DNA of 29,037 nucleotides from a virus: UHGV virus genome UHGV-0149439; one strand, 5' to 3'. Shown piece by piece: positions 21,078 to 29,037 of this stretch (position 1 is its first letter; each line of letters starts with the position of its first letter). The notes under the pieces were generated by a model. It saw only the letters and a program-made list of their open reading frames with translations, ran no database searches and was not told where the DNA came from. The position numbers and the translations under genes were made by a program.

Positions 21078-22592
21078 ATGGGCATTTTTGACAGAGCACT
21101 TGGCGCCATTGCGCCAGGGTGGGCGGTTGCGCGTGCGCGAAACAGAATGCTGCTGCAGGCGTATGAAGCCGCGCAGCCGTCGCGCCTTCATAAAGGAAAG
21201 CGGGAAAGCCGTTCTGCGGATACGGCTGTCTTTGCCGCTGGTGTGTCGCTGCGTGAGCAGGCAAGGGCGCTGGATGAAGATCACGACATCGTCATTGGTC
21301 TGCTGGACAAACTGGAAGAGCGGGTAATCGGTGCGCAGGGGATTCAGGTGGAGCCGCAGCCGCTGGGGCTGGATGGCAAGCTGCATGAAGATTTTGCGGC
21401 CAGGATATCCGCGCTCTGGTCCGAATGGTCGGTGCGCCCGGAGGTGACAGGCATGTTCACGCGACCGGAAGCCGAGCGGCTGGCCCTGCGCTCCGCGCTG
21501 CGTGACGGTGAAATTTTTACCCAGCTGGTGCGCGGGCCGGTAGCAGGGTTGACCCATTCAACCAGTGTGCCGTTTTCGCTTGAACTTCTTGAAGCCGATT
21601 TTGTACCGATGAATCTCAACAGCGTCGCCGGGCAGCAGGTGCGGCAGGGCATTATCGTCAATGCCTGGGGCAGGCCGACGGGATACCGCGTCTATAAATA
21701 TCACCCGGCGAACATGGCCCGTTTCAGCGCAGAGCTTAAAACCGTTTCGGCAGAAAACATGCTGCATCTTGCGCAGCGGCGACGCCTGCACCAGTTGCGC
21801 GGCGTCAGCCTGTTGCACGGCGTGATTAAACGTCTGAGCGATATCAAGGACTACGAAGAGAGCGAACGTGTGGCCGCCCGCATCGCTGCTGCGCTGGGCT
21901 TTTATATCAAACGCGGGGATGCGGCCAGTTTTCCAGTGGATGACGACTGGAAAGGTCCAGAGAAAAAATACCGTCATTTCGATATCGCGCCGGGCATGAT
22001 TTTTGACGATCTGGCGCCGGGTGAAGATCTCGGGATGGTTGAGTCAAACCGCCCGAACGTTCATCTCCATGAATTCCGCAACGGTCAGCTGCGTGCCGTC
22101 GCCGCTGGCAGCCGGGGCACCTATTCCAGCATTGCCCGTGACTATAACGGCACTTACAGCGCCCAGCGGCAGGAACTGGTGGAGGGGCAGGAAGGTTACA
22201 ACGTCCTGCAGCAGTGGTTTGTCGGTCAGCACAGTCGCCCAGTATATCGCGCCTGGCTGGCGATGGCGCTGCTCACGATGGATATCCCGTCAGACGTGGA
22301 CCGCCAGACGCTGTTCAACGCAACCTATCTCGGTCCGGTGATGCCGTGGATCGACCCGGTGAAAGAGGCCAACGCCTGGAAGGGGATTGTCCGTGGCGGC
22401 GCGGGAACCGAAGCAGAATGGATACGTGCCCGTGGTCAGTCTCCCCAGGAGGTCAAACGCCAGCGAATGCGCGAAACCGAATTTAACCGTAAACACGGGC
22501 TGGTGTTTGATTCAGATGCCGCCAACGACAAAGGAGCTATGCCTGATGCAACCGCAAAACAAACCGGGCAGCCGCCGGAAGATGATGATTAA
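21078..22592 (+). CDS. Portal protein (lambda gpB family)
   Basis: 504 aa. Position and length fit, with the typical acidic C-terminus (PPEDDD). Confidence 0.93.
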   Translation: MGIFDRALGAIAPGWAVARARNRMLLQAYEAAQPSRLHKGKRESRSADTAVFAAGVSLREQARALDEDHDIVIGLLDKLEERVIGAQGIQVEPQPLGLDGKLHEDFAARISALWSEWSVRPEVTGMFTRPEAERLALRSALRDGEIFTQLVRGPVAGLTHSTSVPFSLELLEADFVPMNLNSVAGQQVRQGIIVNAWGRPTGYRVYKYHPANMARFSAELKTVSAENMLHLAQRRRLHQLRGVSLLHGVIKRLSDIKDYEESERVAARIAAALGFYIKRGDAASFPVDDDWKGPEKKYRHFDIAPGMIFDDLAPGEDLGMVESNRPNVHLHEFRNGQLRAVAAGSRGTYSSIARDYNGTYSAQRQELVEGQEGYNVLQQWFVGQHSRPVYRAWLAMALLTMDIPSDVDRQTLFNATYLGPVMPWIDPVKEANAWKGIVRGGAGTEAEWIRARGQSPQEVKRQRMRETEFNRKHGLVFDSDAANDKGAMPDATAKQTGQPPEDDD

Positions 22593-24654
22593 CCCCCGCG
22601 CCAGCCTGGCGGGCGTTGATGCCGCAAATGGCCAGTGCTGGTATGAGATCCGCGCGCTGGCCGCCGGGCGCGTGGAGATTTTCCTTTATGACGTGATCGG
22701 CGGCTGGGGGATCACCGCCCAGCAGTTTGTCACGGACTGTAAGGAGGCCGGTGTTTTCGACGCCAGCGCAGTGGATTTGCATATTCACAGTCCCGGCGGC
22801 GATGTGATGCAGGGGTTTGCGATCTATAACACCCTGGCGCGGCTGAAAGCGAAAGTGGATATCTGGGTGGACGGTGTGGCGGCCAGTATGGCTTCGATGA
22901 TTGTCTGTTTGCCTGGCGCCACGGTGCATATGCCGGAAAACGCCTGGCTTATGGTGCATAAACCGTGGGGTGGTATCGCCGGGGATTCTGACGATATGCG
23001 GGATTATGCCGACTGGCTGGATCGTAATGAAGCGCTGATGCTCAGTGCCTACATGAACAAGACCGGGCTTGGACAGGAAGAGCTGGAAGCAATGCTGAAA
23101 GCTGAAACCTGGCTCAACGGCGCTGAAGCGGTGGAAAAAGGCTTCGCCGACACGCTTGAACCTGAACTGCAGGCTGCGGCCTGCGTGAATGAAAATAAAC
23201 TGAAGGATTACCAGAATATGCCTGAACAGATTAAGACCCTTTTTACGCCGCGTGCCGAAGCCCCGGTGAATCAGCCGCCTGCTCCGGTTCAGCAGCCCGC
23301 ACCAGTGCAGGCAACCCAGACCCAGCCGGCACCACAACAGCCCGCGCCGCAGATGACAAACATCGATATCACCGCGCTGGCTCAGCAACTACAGCAGCAG
23401 ATGCAGACGGTGAACGCGGAACGCGTGAATACGGTTTCCGCTGTCTTTGAGGCGTTCCCGACCTTCGCGACGCTGAAGGCTGAATGCCTTGCCGACTTTT
23501 CCTGCACGGCTGAAAAAGCCCGTGACAAACTGTTGCAGGCGCTTGCCGCAGGGACAACCCCGAGTGCGGGCCCGGGCGCCATTCATCTTTATGCCGGTAA
23601 CGGCAATCTTGTCGGTGATTCCATCCGTGCTGCGGTAATGAACCGCGCAGGCTATGCGCAGGCTGAAAAGGATAACGCTTATAACGGTTATACCCTGCGT
23701 GAGCTGGCGCGCGCCTCGCTGGTGGATCGCGGCATTGGTATTTCAGGTGCCGGTACAGCGCAGGCGATGGTCGGGCTGGCGTTCACCCACAGCAGCAGCG
23801 ATTTCGGCAATATCCTGATGGATGTGGCGCACAAGGCTGCACTGCTGGGCTGGGATGAGGCCAGCGAGACATTTGAACAGTGGACCCGTAAAGGCACGCT
23901 GACCGATTTCAAAACCGCGCACCGCGTCGGTCTGGAATCACTTGCATCGCTGCGTAAGGTTCGCGCCGGGGCGGAATATAAATATGTCACCATTAAAGAT
24001 CGCGGTGAGCCGATTGCACTGGCCACCTATGGTGAGCTTTTCAGCATTGACCGCCAGACTATCATCAACGACGACCTGGATATGCTGACGCGTATCCCGC
24101 AGGCAATGGGGCTTGCCGCGCGTGCCACCGTGGGCGATCTGGTGTGGGCGGTGCTGACCAGCAACCCGAAAATGTCGGACGGCAAGCCGTTGTTCCACGC
24201 CGATCACGGCAACCTGGTGGCGGCTGATCTGAGTATCGAAGGGCTGGATACTGCGCGTAAAGCGATGCTGCTACAAAAATCCGGCGATCGCCGTCTGAAC
24301 ATTCGTCCTGCCTACATGCTGACGCCAGTGGCAATTGAGTCCCGGGCTAACCAGCTGATTAAATCCGCAAGTGTACCGGGCGCGGACGCGAACAGCGGTA
24401 TCGTTAACCCGATCCAGAACTTTGTGACAGTGGCCTCTGAGGCCCGCCTGGATGACAGCAGCCAGACGGATTATTACCTGACCGCTGCGCAGGGGCGCGA
24501 CACTATCGAAGTTGCTTATCTGGACGGTGTTGATACGCCATATCTGGAGCAGCAGCAGGGCTTCACCGTGGACGGTGCCGCATTCAAGGTGCGCATCGAT
24601 GCGGGGGTGGCGCCGCTTGACTGGCGCGGCATGGTTAAAGTCACCAAAAAATAA
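22546..24654 (+). CDS. ClpP-like prohead protease / scaffold / major capsid fusion protein
   Basis: AAGGAG lies 9 nt before ATG 22546. ClpP-type N-terminus (HIHSPGGDVMQGFAIYN...AASMASMI...MVHKPWGG), a P/Q-rich linker, and a C-terminal major-capsid domain. Confidence 0.9.
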   Translation: MQPQNKPGSRRKMMINPRASLAGVDAANGQCWYEIRALAAGRVEIFLYDVIGGWGITAQQFVTDCKEAGVFDASAVDLHIHSPGGDVMQGFAIYNTLARLKAKVDIWVDGVAASMASMIVCLPGATVHMPENAWLMVHKPWGGIAGDSDDMRDYADWLDRNEALMLSAYMNKTGLGQEELEAMLKAETWLNGAEAVEKGFADTLEPELQAAACVNENKLKDYQNMPEQIKTLFTPRAEAPVNQPPAPVQQPAPVQATQTQPAPQQPAPQMTNIDITALAQQLQQQMQTVNAERVNTVSAVFEAFPTFATLKAECLADFSCTAEKARDKLLQALAAGTTPSAGPGAIHLYAGNGNLVGDSIRAAVMNRAGYAQAEKDNAYNGYTLRELARASLVDRGIGISGAGTAQAMVGLAFTHSSSDFGNILMDVAHKAALLGWDEASETFEQWTRKGTLTDFKTAHRVGLESLASLRKVRAGAEYKYVTIKDRGEPIALATYGELFSIDRQTIINDDLDMLTRIPQAMGLAARATVGDLVWAVLTSNPKMSDGKPLFHADHGNLVAADLSIEGLDTARKAMLLQKSGDRRLNIRPAYMLTPVAIESRANQLIKSASVPGADANSGIVNPIQNFVTVASEARLDDSSQTDYYLTAAQGRDTIEVAYLDGVDTPYLEQQQGFTVDGAAFKVRIDAGVAPLDWRGMVKVTKK

Positions 24655-24656
24655 AC

Positions 24657-24680
24657 AACCGTCTTCTGACGGTTTTTTTA
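24657..24680 (+). terminator. Intrinsic terminator/attenuator after the capsid gene
   Basis: AACCGTC-TTCT-GACGGTT followed by TTTTTTAT. Confidence 0.8.
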
Positions 24681-24723
24681 TTACGGAGCGGCGTGTGCTG
24701 CTCCTTTTCATCTGGAGAGAAAA

Positions 24724-25059
24724 ATGGCGAAGAACTATCAGCAGGACGGCAACACTCTTGATTTTCATAATACCGGTGCGGCAGATATTCATTCAGGTGA
24801 AGCCGTACTTTCAGGGGCGCTGGTGGGCGTAGCTCACGATGATATCCCGGCAGGATTGTGGGGCGTACTGCATACCACAGGCGTATTCGTACTGCCAAAG
24901 GCGGCTGAAGTGGTCACTGTTGGTCAGAAACTGTATCTGGCAGACGGTAAACTGACTGCGGAAGCGGGTGAGGAGGCTACGCCAAACCCTCTGGCGGGTA
25001 CGGCCTGGGCTGAGGCTGCTGCTGATGACGAGTTCGTTTCTGTACGGCTTGGCTACTGA
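24724..25059 (+). CDS. DUF2190-type head decoration/cement protein
   Basis: 111 aa, beta-rich, directly after the capsid gene. ...GVLHTTGVFVLPKA...GQKLYL is typical of the family, from recollection. Confidence 0.65.
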   Translation: MAKNYQQDGNTLDFHNTGAADIHSGEAVLSGALVGVAHDDIPAGLWGVLHTTGVFVLPKAAEVVTVGQKLYLADGKLTAEAGEEATPNPLAGTAWAEAAADDEFVSVRLGY

Positions 25060-25415
25060 TGAACCGCTTCCGTGAACGTCTGGCGAGAGCGGATGCCCGG
25101 ATAGACCGGGCATTTGCCGAAGAGGTTCCGGCCATTATTTCTGTCGGTGATGAGCAGCGGCCCGTCACGGTGATTTTCGAATCGCCGGACGCGCCTGTCA
25201 GCGTGCCGGGAGGCGGAGAAATCCAGAACCATGTCCCGGCCTTCAGCGCTATGACCGCAGATATTGCCGGACTGTCAAAGCACGACCGGGTCCTGATTAA
25301 CAATTTACCCTGGCGTGTCACTCATGTCGGTGCTGATGAAGAAGGGCGAACACGGGTTACCCTGGCATACGGGGAGCCGGGTAAGCCCCAGCCCGAAATA
25401 ACGAAGTGGAGCTGA
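25059..25415 (+). CDS. Putative head-tail connector/head completion protein
   Basis: 118 aa. 1-nt TGATG overlap with the upstream gene. Called on position only. Confidence 0.5.
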   Translation: MNRFRERLARADARIDRAFAEEVPAIISVGDEQRPVTVIFESPDAPVSVPGGGEIQNHVPAFSAMTADIAGLSKHDRVLINNLPWRVTHVGADEEGRTRVTLAYGEPGKPQPEITKWS

Positions 25416-25416
25416 T

Positions 25417-26073
25417 ATGGCGCGGGGATCACGGTTGCGGCGGGATTTACCTGTCGATATTGATGTGGATGCTATCTGGGGAATAGCGGAAAGCATCGGG
25501 GCAACCCAGAAACAATTTCGTGCGGCATATTCCAGGGCATTAAAGCGGACAGCAGCCACATTACGGAAAAAGGCAATGGCCGATCTGAAAGATGGCCTGG
25601 CCCCCAGAAGCATTAATCTGGTGCGTCGCCGGTTGCTTTCATTCCGTCTGGATCGCGGTTCCCGCCTCGATAATTTTCGTCTCTGGTTTGGTCTCAACGC
25701 CATAAAAGTGAAGGATCTCAAAGGGCGTATTTCCGGCAGGATCAGACCTCATCACACGCGCAGGGACAAAAATACCGGGCGATTCATTAAAGCCAGGCGG
25801 CAGGCCGATAACGCGGGATTCACGCCGAAAGGCCGTCTGCTGTCGGCACGCACGTTTGAGAATGGCGAGGTTGCACGCTCCCGACGGGAAAACCGCCGGA
25901 CGGTGGTGATTCGTGACCCGCAGACCCGCCGCACCCATGAGGCTGAAATTGATATCTACGAACCGATGCTGAACTACATCGAGGATAACGCCTTTGCAGA
26001 AGCGATGGAGATTTTTATGCATCACTTTGAAACCGATCTGCGCGGGCGTGTGAAAGCCCGTATTTCTGTCTGA
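25417..26073 (+). CDS. Putative virion morphogenesis protein (Arg-rich)
   Basis: 218 aa, very basic, in the head-tail joining block. Called on position only. Confidence 0.45.
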   Translation: MARGSRLRRDLPVDIDVDAIWGIAESIGATQKQFRAAYSRALKRTAATLRKKAMADLKDGLAPRSINLVRRRLLSFRLDRGSRLDNFRLWFGLNAIKVKDLKGRISGRIRPHHTRRDKNTGRFIKARRQADNAGFTPKGRLLSARTFENGEVARSRRENRRTVVIRDPQTRRTHEAEIDIYEPMLNYIEDNAFAEAMEIFMHHFETDLRGRVKARISV

Positions 26074-26084
26074 GGTAATGAACG

Positions 26085-26639
26085 ATGGCGGAGCCACTCC
26101 TGCTGGCGCAGTATCACGACGCCGTGATCGGTGCGCTGAAAAAAATTGAATGGGTCCGGGATGCTGATGCCTACCCGGAAAAAAATGTACCGCGCTTTTC
26201 CGGCCTGGTCACGCCCGCTGTCTGGCTCACCATTAACGGCTGGGAGCAGGGCGGGGGAAACGAAGGGCAACTGAACGTGGTGCTTTCCTGCGATCTCTTT
26301 GTGGTGGTGGACCCCGCCGCTTCAGGCGTCAGCAAGCCAGAAATTTTCCTGCGCACGGCGGCGGCTGATATTACCCAGTGGATCGACGGACAGCAGTTCG
26401 GTCTGAATTATCCTGAACCCGCCGTTTTCATTGATGCCGGGCGCGATGAATTTGATCCGCGCATGGATGACTATCTTGTCTGGCGTATTTCTTACACGCA
26501 GTCAGCGGCCTTCGGTGCAGATCCGTTTGCGCAGCTGAATGCTCCGCTTAAAGCTGTCTGGCTCGGTAAGGCACCGGATATTGGGCGCGCGCATGTGGAC
26601 GATTACCGGCTGATTTACGAGGCAAAACCTGATGAGTGA
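26085..26639 (+). CDS. Putative tail completion / neck protein
   Basis: 184 aa with a GAGG SD. Called on position only. Confidence 0.45.
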   Translation: MAEPLLLAQYHDAVIGALKKIEWVRDADAYPEKNVPRFSGLVTPAVWLTINGWEQGGGNEGQLNVVLSCDLFVVVDPAASGVSKPEIFLRTAAADITQWIDGQQFGLNYPEPAVFIDAGRDEFDPRMDDYLVWRISYTQSAAFGADPFAQLNAPLKAVWLGKAPDIGRAHVDDYRLIYEAKPDE

Positions 26640-27249
26640 TATTGAGGGTGACTTACAGCGCAGGCTGGCGAACATCGTGCGGCGCGGTGTCATCCATTCA
26701 GTGAAGCATGACGGTATCCCGAAATGCCGGGTCGATTTGGGCGATATCGTTACCGCCTGGCTGCCGCTCTGTCAGGGCTTTGCGGGCGCTAACCGTGCGG
26801 ACTCCAATCCGTATGCGGTGGGGGATGCGGTCACGGTGCTGTCTGAGGCCGGTGAGCTGAACAACGGGCGGGTGTATCCGGGCTGGAATACCGGCGCGAT
26901 GCCAGTACCGGGAGGCAGCGAAAGTGAGCATATCACCCGCTACGGCGACGGTACTGAGATCCGGTACGACCGTGCGGCGCATGCCCTGACGATCACCCTG
27001 GCAGCGGGCGGCACATACACAATCGTCGGGAAAGGGACGCTGGATGGCCCGGTTGAAATCACTGACACCCTCACTGTCCAGGGTAAAACGCAGATCAACG
27101 CCGACACGAATGTGAGCGGAAATATCGGTGCCACGAAGGAGATCACTGATAAAGCCGGCAGTATGAGCAAAATCCGCGAGACCTTTAACGACCATGATCA
27201 CCCCGGCGACAGCGGCGGGACCACGGGAAAAACTAATCAGAAAATGTGA
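26632..27249 (+). CDS. Baseplate spike protein, P2 gpV-like
   Basis: OB-fold N-terminus (VRRGVIHSV...CRVDLG) and the C-terminal apex motif HDHPGDSGGTTG (P2 gpV has HKHPGDSGGTTG). Confidence 0.85.
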   Translation: MSDIEGDLQRRLANIVRRGVIHSVKHDGIPKCRVDLGDIVTAWLPLCQGFAGANRADSNPYAVGDAVTVLSEAGELNNGRVYPGWNTGAMPVPGGSESEHITRYGDGTEIRYDRAAHALTITLAAGGTYTIVGKGTLDGPVEITDTLTVQGKTQINADTNVSGNIGATKEITDKAGSMSKIRETFNDHDHPGDSGGTTGKTNQKM

Positions 27250-27271
27250 CCTGCTTCGGCAGGTTTTTTTA
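27249..27271 (+). terminator. Intrinsic terminator/attenuator before the sheath gene
   Basis: ACCTGC-TTCG-GCAGGT followed by TTTTTTTAT. Confidence 0.8.
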
Positions 27272-27287
27272 TGCCTGGAGATAAAAC

Positions 27288-28757
27288 ATGGCTCAGTTAC
27301 ATGGTGTTGAAACAATTGAACTGACATCGGGAACCGTTGCTGTCACGACGATTCAGACGGCCATCATTGGCCTTGTGGGAACCGCCCCGGACGCGTCTGA
27401 CGGAACAGCGGCTTCGGGGTCATCCGGCACGCCGATTCTGGATAACGTTCTCGACTTCACCGCAACCCTGAAGGGGCGGGGCGGGAATATTATCAATGTT
27501 GAAGCGGTGGCCGGACAGACGGATGCAGAAAATCCGGTTGCCGTCGGGACATCTGCGGTCTGGGACCCGGAGTCGCTTACCCTGAAGATCACGCTGGGCT
27601 GCGATGAAAATGGCGTTATTACCGCCACACCCGCAGAGGTGGCCGGGGTCGTCAATGAGGCTGAAGGGGGAAAGGTAAAGGCAGCAGGCGCCGGAGGCGG
27701 GCTTGTTTCGCCATTCATCCTCCAGCTATCCGGCGGCGAGGATGAACCTTTTCCGCTCAACATGCCTGTGGCGGTCGTCGGGACCACGCTGTTATCCCGC
27801 CTCGGTGATAACGGGACGCTGAAACAGGCCCTGACCGATATCAACGATCAGCGTAATGCGCTGACGGTGGTTGTGCGTGTTGCGCAGGAGAGTGAGGAAA
27901 CTAAACAGCGCGCGGCAGTCCTGAAGGGGATCGGGCTGCTGTCATCAGCGAAATCTGTCACCACGTATCAGCCGCGTATTGTGATTGCGCCAGGTTTCAG
28001 TGAAGACGATGCGGCGGGGAAAGCGCTGGAGACCGTCGCCGGAAAACTCCGGGCGATCGCTTATGTGGACTGTGCTTCCGGCGCAACCCTGCAGGAAGTG
28101 GTGCAGCGCCGCCAGTCCTATGGCGCACGGACAGAATTGCTGCGACCACGCGTCCAGGTCAGTAACGCTGACGGCCAGCTGGTGTACCGTCCTTATTCTG
28201 CCTTTGCCGCCGGGTTGCGCGCCAGAATCGATTACGAAAAAGGCTGGTGGTGGAGTAAATCCAACCAGGAGATCTACAACATCCTGGGCGTTGAACAGGT
28301 GGATGAATTTATTCTTGGCGAAGAGAACTGTGATGCCAACCTGCTCAATATGCAGAACGTTTCCACCATTATCCGCCGTGCCGGGTTTAAACACTGGGGG
28401 AACCGGCTGTGCGCGACCGATCCACAATGGCGTTTTGAATCCGTCCGACGTACAGCGGATGTGATTGAGGACAGCATCCAGGAAGCCATGCTGGAGTATG
28501 TGGACCGCCCTCTTGATCGTGAGAACGCGGACGACATTATCGGCACCATCAATGCTTATATGCGCCAGCTTGTGGGACTGAGGGCCATTTTCGGCGGGCG
28601 GGCCTGGCTGGATGAAGAGCTGAACACCGCAGAAAACATGGCTGCGGGTGTCCTGTACATCAACTACGATTTCGGGCCGAAATCGCCGACTGAACTCATC
28701 AGCCTGCGTGTCCGGGTGAACAACAACTATGCGCTTGAGGAGATGCTTGCAGCATGA
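27288..28757 (+). CDS. Contractile tail sheath protein (P2 FI-like)
   Basis: HGVETIELTSGT...TAIIGLVGTAP..., RARIDYEKGWWWSKSN, IIRRAGFKHWGNRLC, and YINYDFGPKSPTE all parallel P2 FI. Confidence 0.93.
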   Translation: MAQLHGVETIELTSGTVAVTTIQTAIIGLVGTAPDASDGTAASGSSGTPILDNVLDFTATLKGRGGNIINVEAVAGQTDAENPVAVGTSAVWDPESLTLKITLGCDENGVITATPAEVAGVVNEAEGGKVKAAGAGGGLVSPFILQLSGGEDEPFPLNMPVAVVGTTLLSRLGDNGTLKQALTDINDQRNALTVVVRVAQESEETKQRAAVLKGIGLLSSAKSVTTYQPRIVIAPGFSEDDAAGKALETVAGKLRAIAYVDCASGATLQEVVQRRQSYGARTELLRPRVQVSNADGQLVYRPYSAFAAGLRARIDYEKGWWWSKSNQEIYNILGVEQVDEFILGEENCDANLLNMQNVSTIIRRAGFKHWGNRLCATDPQWRFESVRRTADVIEDSIQEAMLEYVDRPLDRENADDIIGTINAYMRQLVGLRAIFGGRAWLDEELNTAENMAAGVLYINYDFGPKSPTELISLRVRVNNNYALEEMLAA

Positions 28758-29037
28758 GCGATAAAAATACATTACGCGTCTGGACCTTCTTCCGGCAGGG
28801 GATTCGTATCCAGGGGGCGCATGAATTTACGCCGCCGTCTCTGGCTGTTGTTAAAACAGATCTGCGTACCGGCGCCCAGGACGCTCCCACTCCGGTGGAT
28901 GACGGTATGGAGGCGCTGACCTGCCAGGTCAAATTCTATGGCATCGATGCTGACCTGCCAGGTCAAATTCTATGGCATCGATGCTGACATGCTTGCCAGC
29001 TTCGGTTTTGTCAGTGGCAGCCGTTCCCGGTTTACGG
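28754..29037 (+). pseudogene. Tail tube gene (P2 FII-like) frameshifted by a 34-bp tandem duplication; continues past the window edge
   Basis: The frame reads ...EALTCQVKFYGIDAD, then shifts and stops at 28987. Removing one repeat copy restores ...GIDADMLASFGFVSGSRSRFT, which stays open to the window end. Confidence 0.7.
28915..28988. repeat. Exact 34-bp tandem duplication bounded by GCTGAC microhomology
   Basis: GCTGACCTGCCAGGTCAAATTCTATGGCATCGAT occurs at 28915-28948 and identically at 28949-28982, followed by GCTGAC at 28983-28988. Confidence 0.97.

Larger units (their letters stand above)
836..29037. mobile_element. Temperate prophage (e14/lambdoid-type early region, lambda-type packaging/head, P2-type contractile tail). 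Cut by the right window edge; left boundary undetermined
   Basis: Canonical module order int-xis / cI-cro / replication / methylases-rusA / Q / lysis / terminase-portal-capsid / sheath-tube. No att repeat pair is visible within the window. Confidence 0.9.

Noticed and set aside
22387-22545. 5' extension of the protease/capsid ORF
   Set aside because: It overlaps the portal gene's 3' end by ~200 nt. AAGGAG-N9-ATG at 22546 is the obvious start.
22537-23388. 283-aa minus-strand ORF, plus the similar 27945..28772, 26698..27327 and 20698..21264
   Set aside because: Long antisense shadows in GC-rich structural genes with verified sense-strand homology. All are R/H/G-rich.
28699-28966. Two minus-strand ORFs both beginning MTWQVS
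   Set aside because: They are artefacts of the 34-bp tandem duplication in the tube gene, not paralogous genes.
1-29037. CRISPR arrays, rRNA/tRNA genes, IS elements or transposase genes
   Set aside because: No regularly spaced direct repeats, no cloverleaf-compatible sequences, and no transposase-like ORFs or terminal inverted repeats were seen on either strand.

Overview
The window is almost entirely one temperate enterobacterial prophage, read from its integration end. On the minus strand are a tyrosine integrase and excisionase flanked by two AT-rich cargo genes, then a ~600-bp ORF-free structured region. Next is a divergent cI(S24)/cro switch with TTGCG-N5-CGCAA operators at both OR-like and OL-like positions. 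A tightly coupled plus-strand early operon follows: YmfL-like regulator, O-like initiator with internal 15-bp iterons, orphan Dam, a 644-aa C5 methyltransferase, RusA, Rha/KilAC antirepressor, DUF968 protein and a Q-like antiterminator. Then come a late promoter/terminator region carrying an AT-rich 283-aa moron, and a lysis cassette (two holin-like proteins, GH19 endolysin, overlapping i-/o-spanins). A second moron island holds a Fur-box-preceded TonB-C-terminal-domain lipoprotein and an Ivy lysozyme inhibitor, followed by a ~590-bp ORF-free cos region. Lambda-type packaging and head genes come next (Nu1-like, gpA-like, gpW-like, portal, ClpP-protease/capsid fusion, DUF2190), then the start of a P2-type contractile tail (gpV spike, sheath, tube). 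The left 0.7 kb holds a LexA-boxed DinI/MsgA-like gene. No rRNA, tRNA, CRISPR or IS element was seen, and no att repeat can be paired inside the window. Best candidates for something undescribed: (1) the Fur-boxed TonB-CTD lipoprotein + Ivy island with a possible Fur-controlled small RNA; (2) the 283-aa moron behind a 34-bp palindrome between Q and the holins; (3) the membrane-anchored cargo gene between int and the prophage edge; (4) the structured ORF-free element at 3.9-4.2 kb; (5) a sevenfold repeated module in the C5 methyltransferase. An exact 34-bp tandem duplication frameshifts the tail tube gene. All calls come from reading motifs by eye; no database search or folding computation was run.
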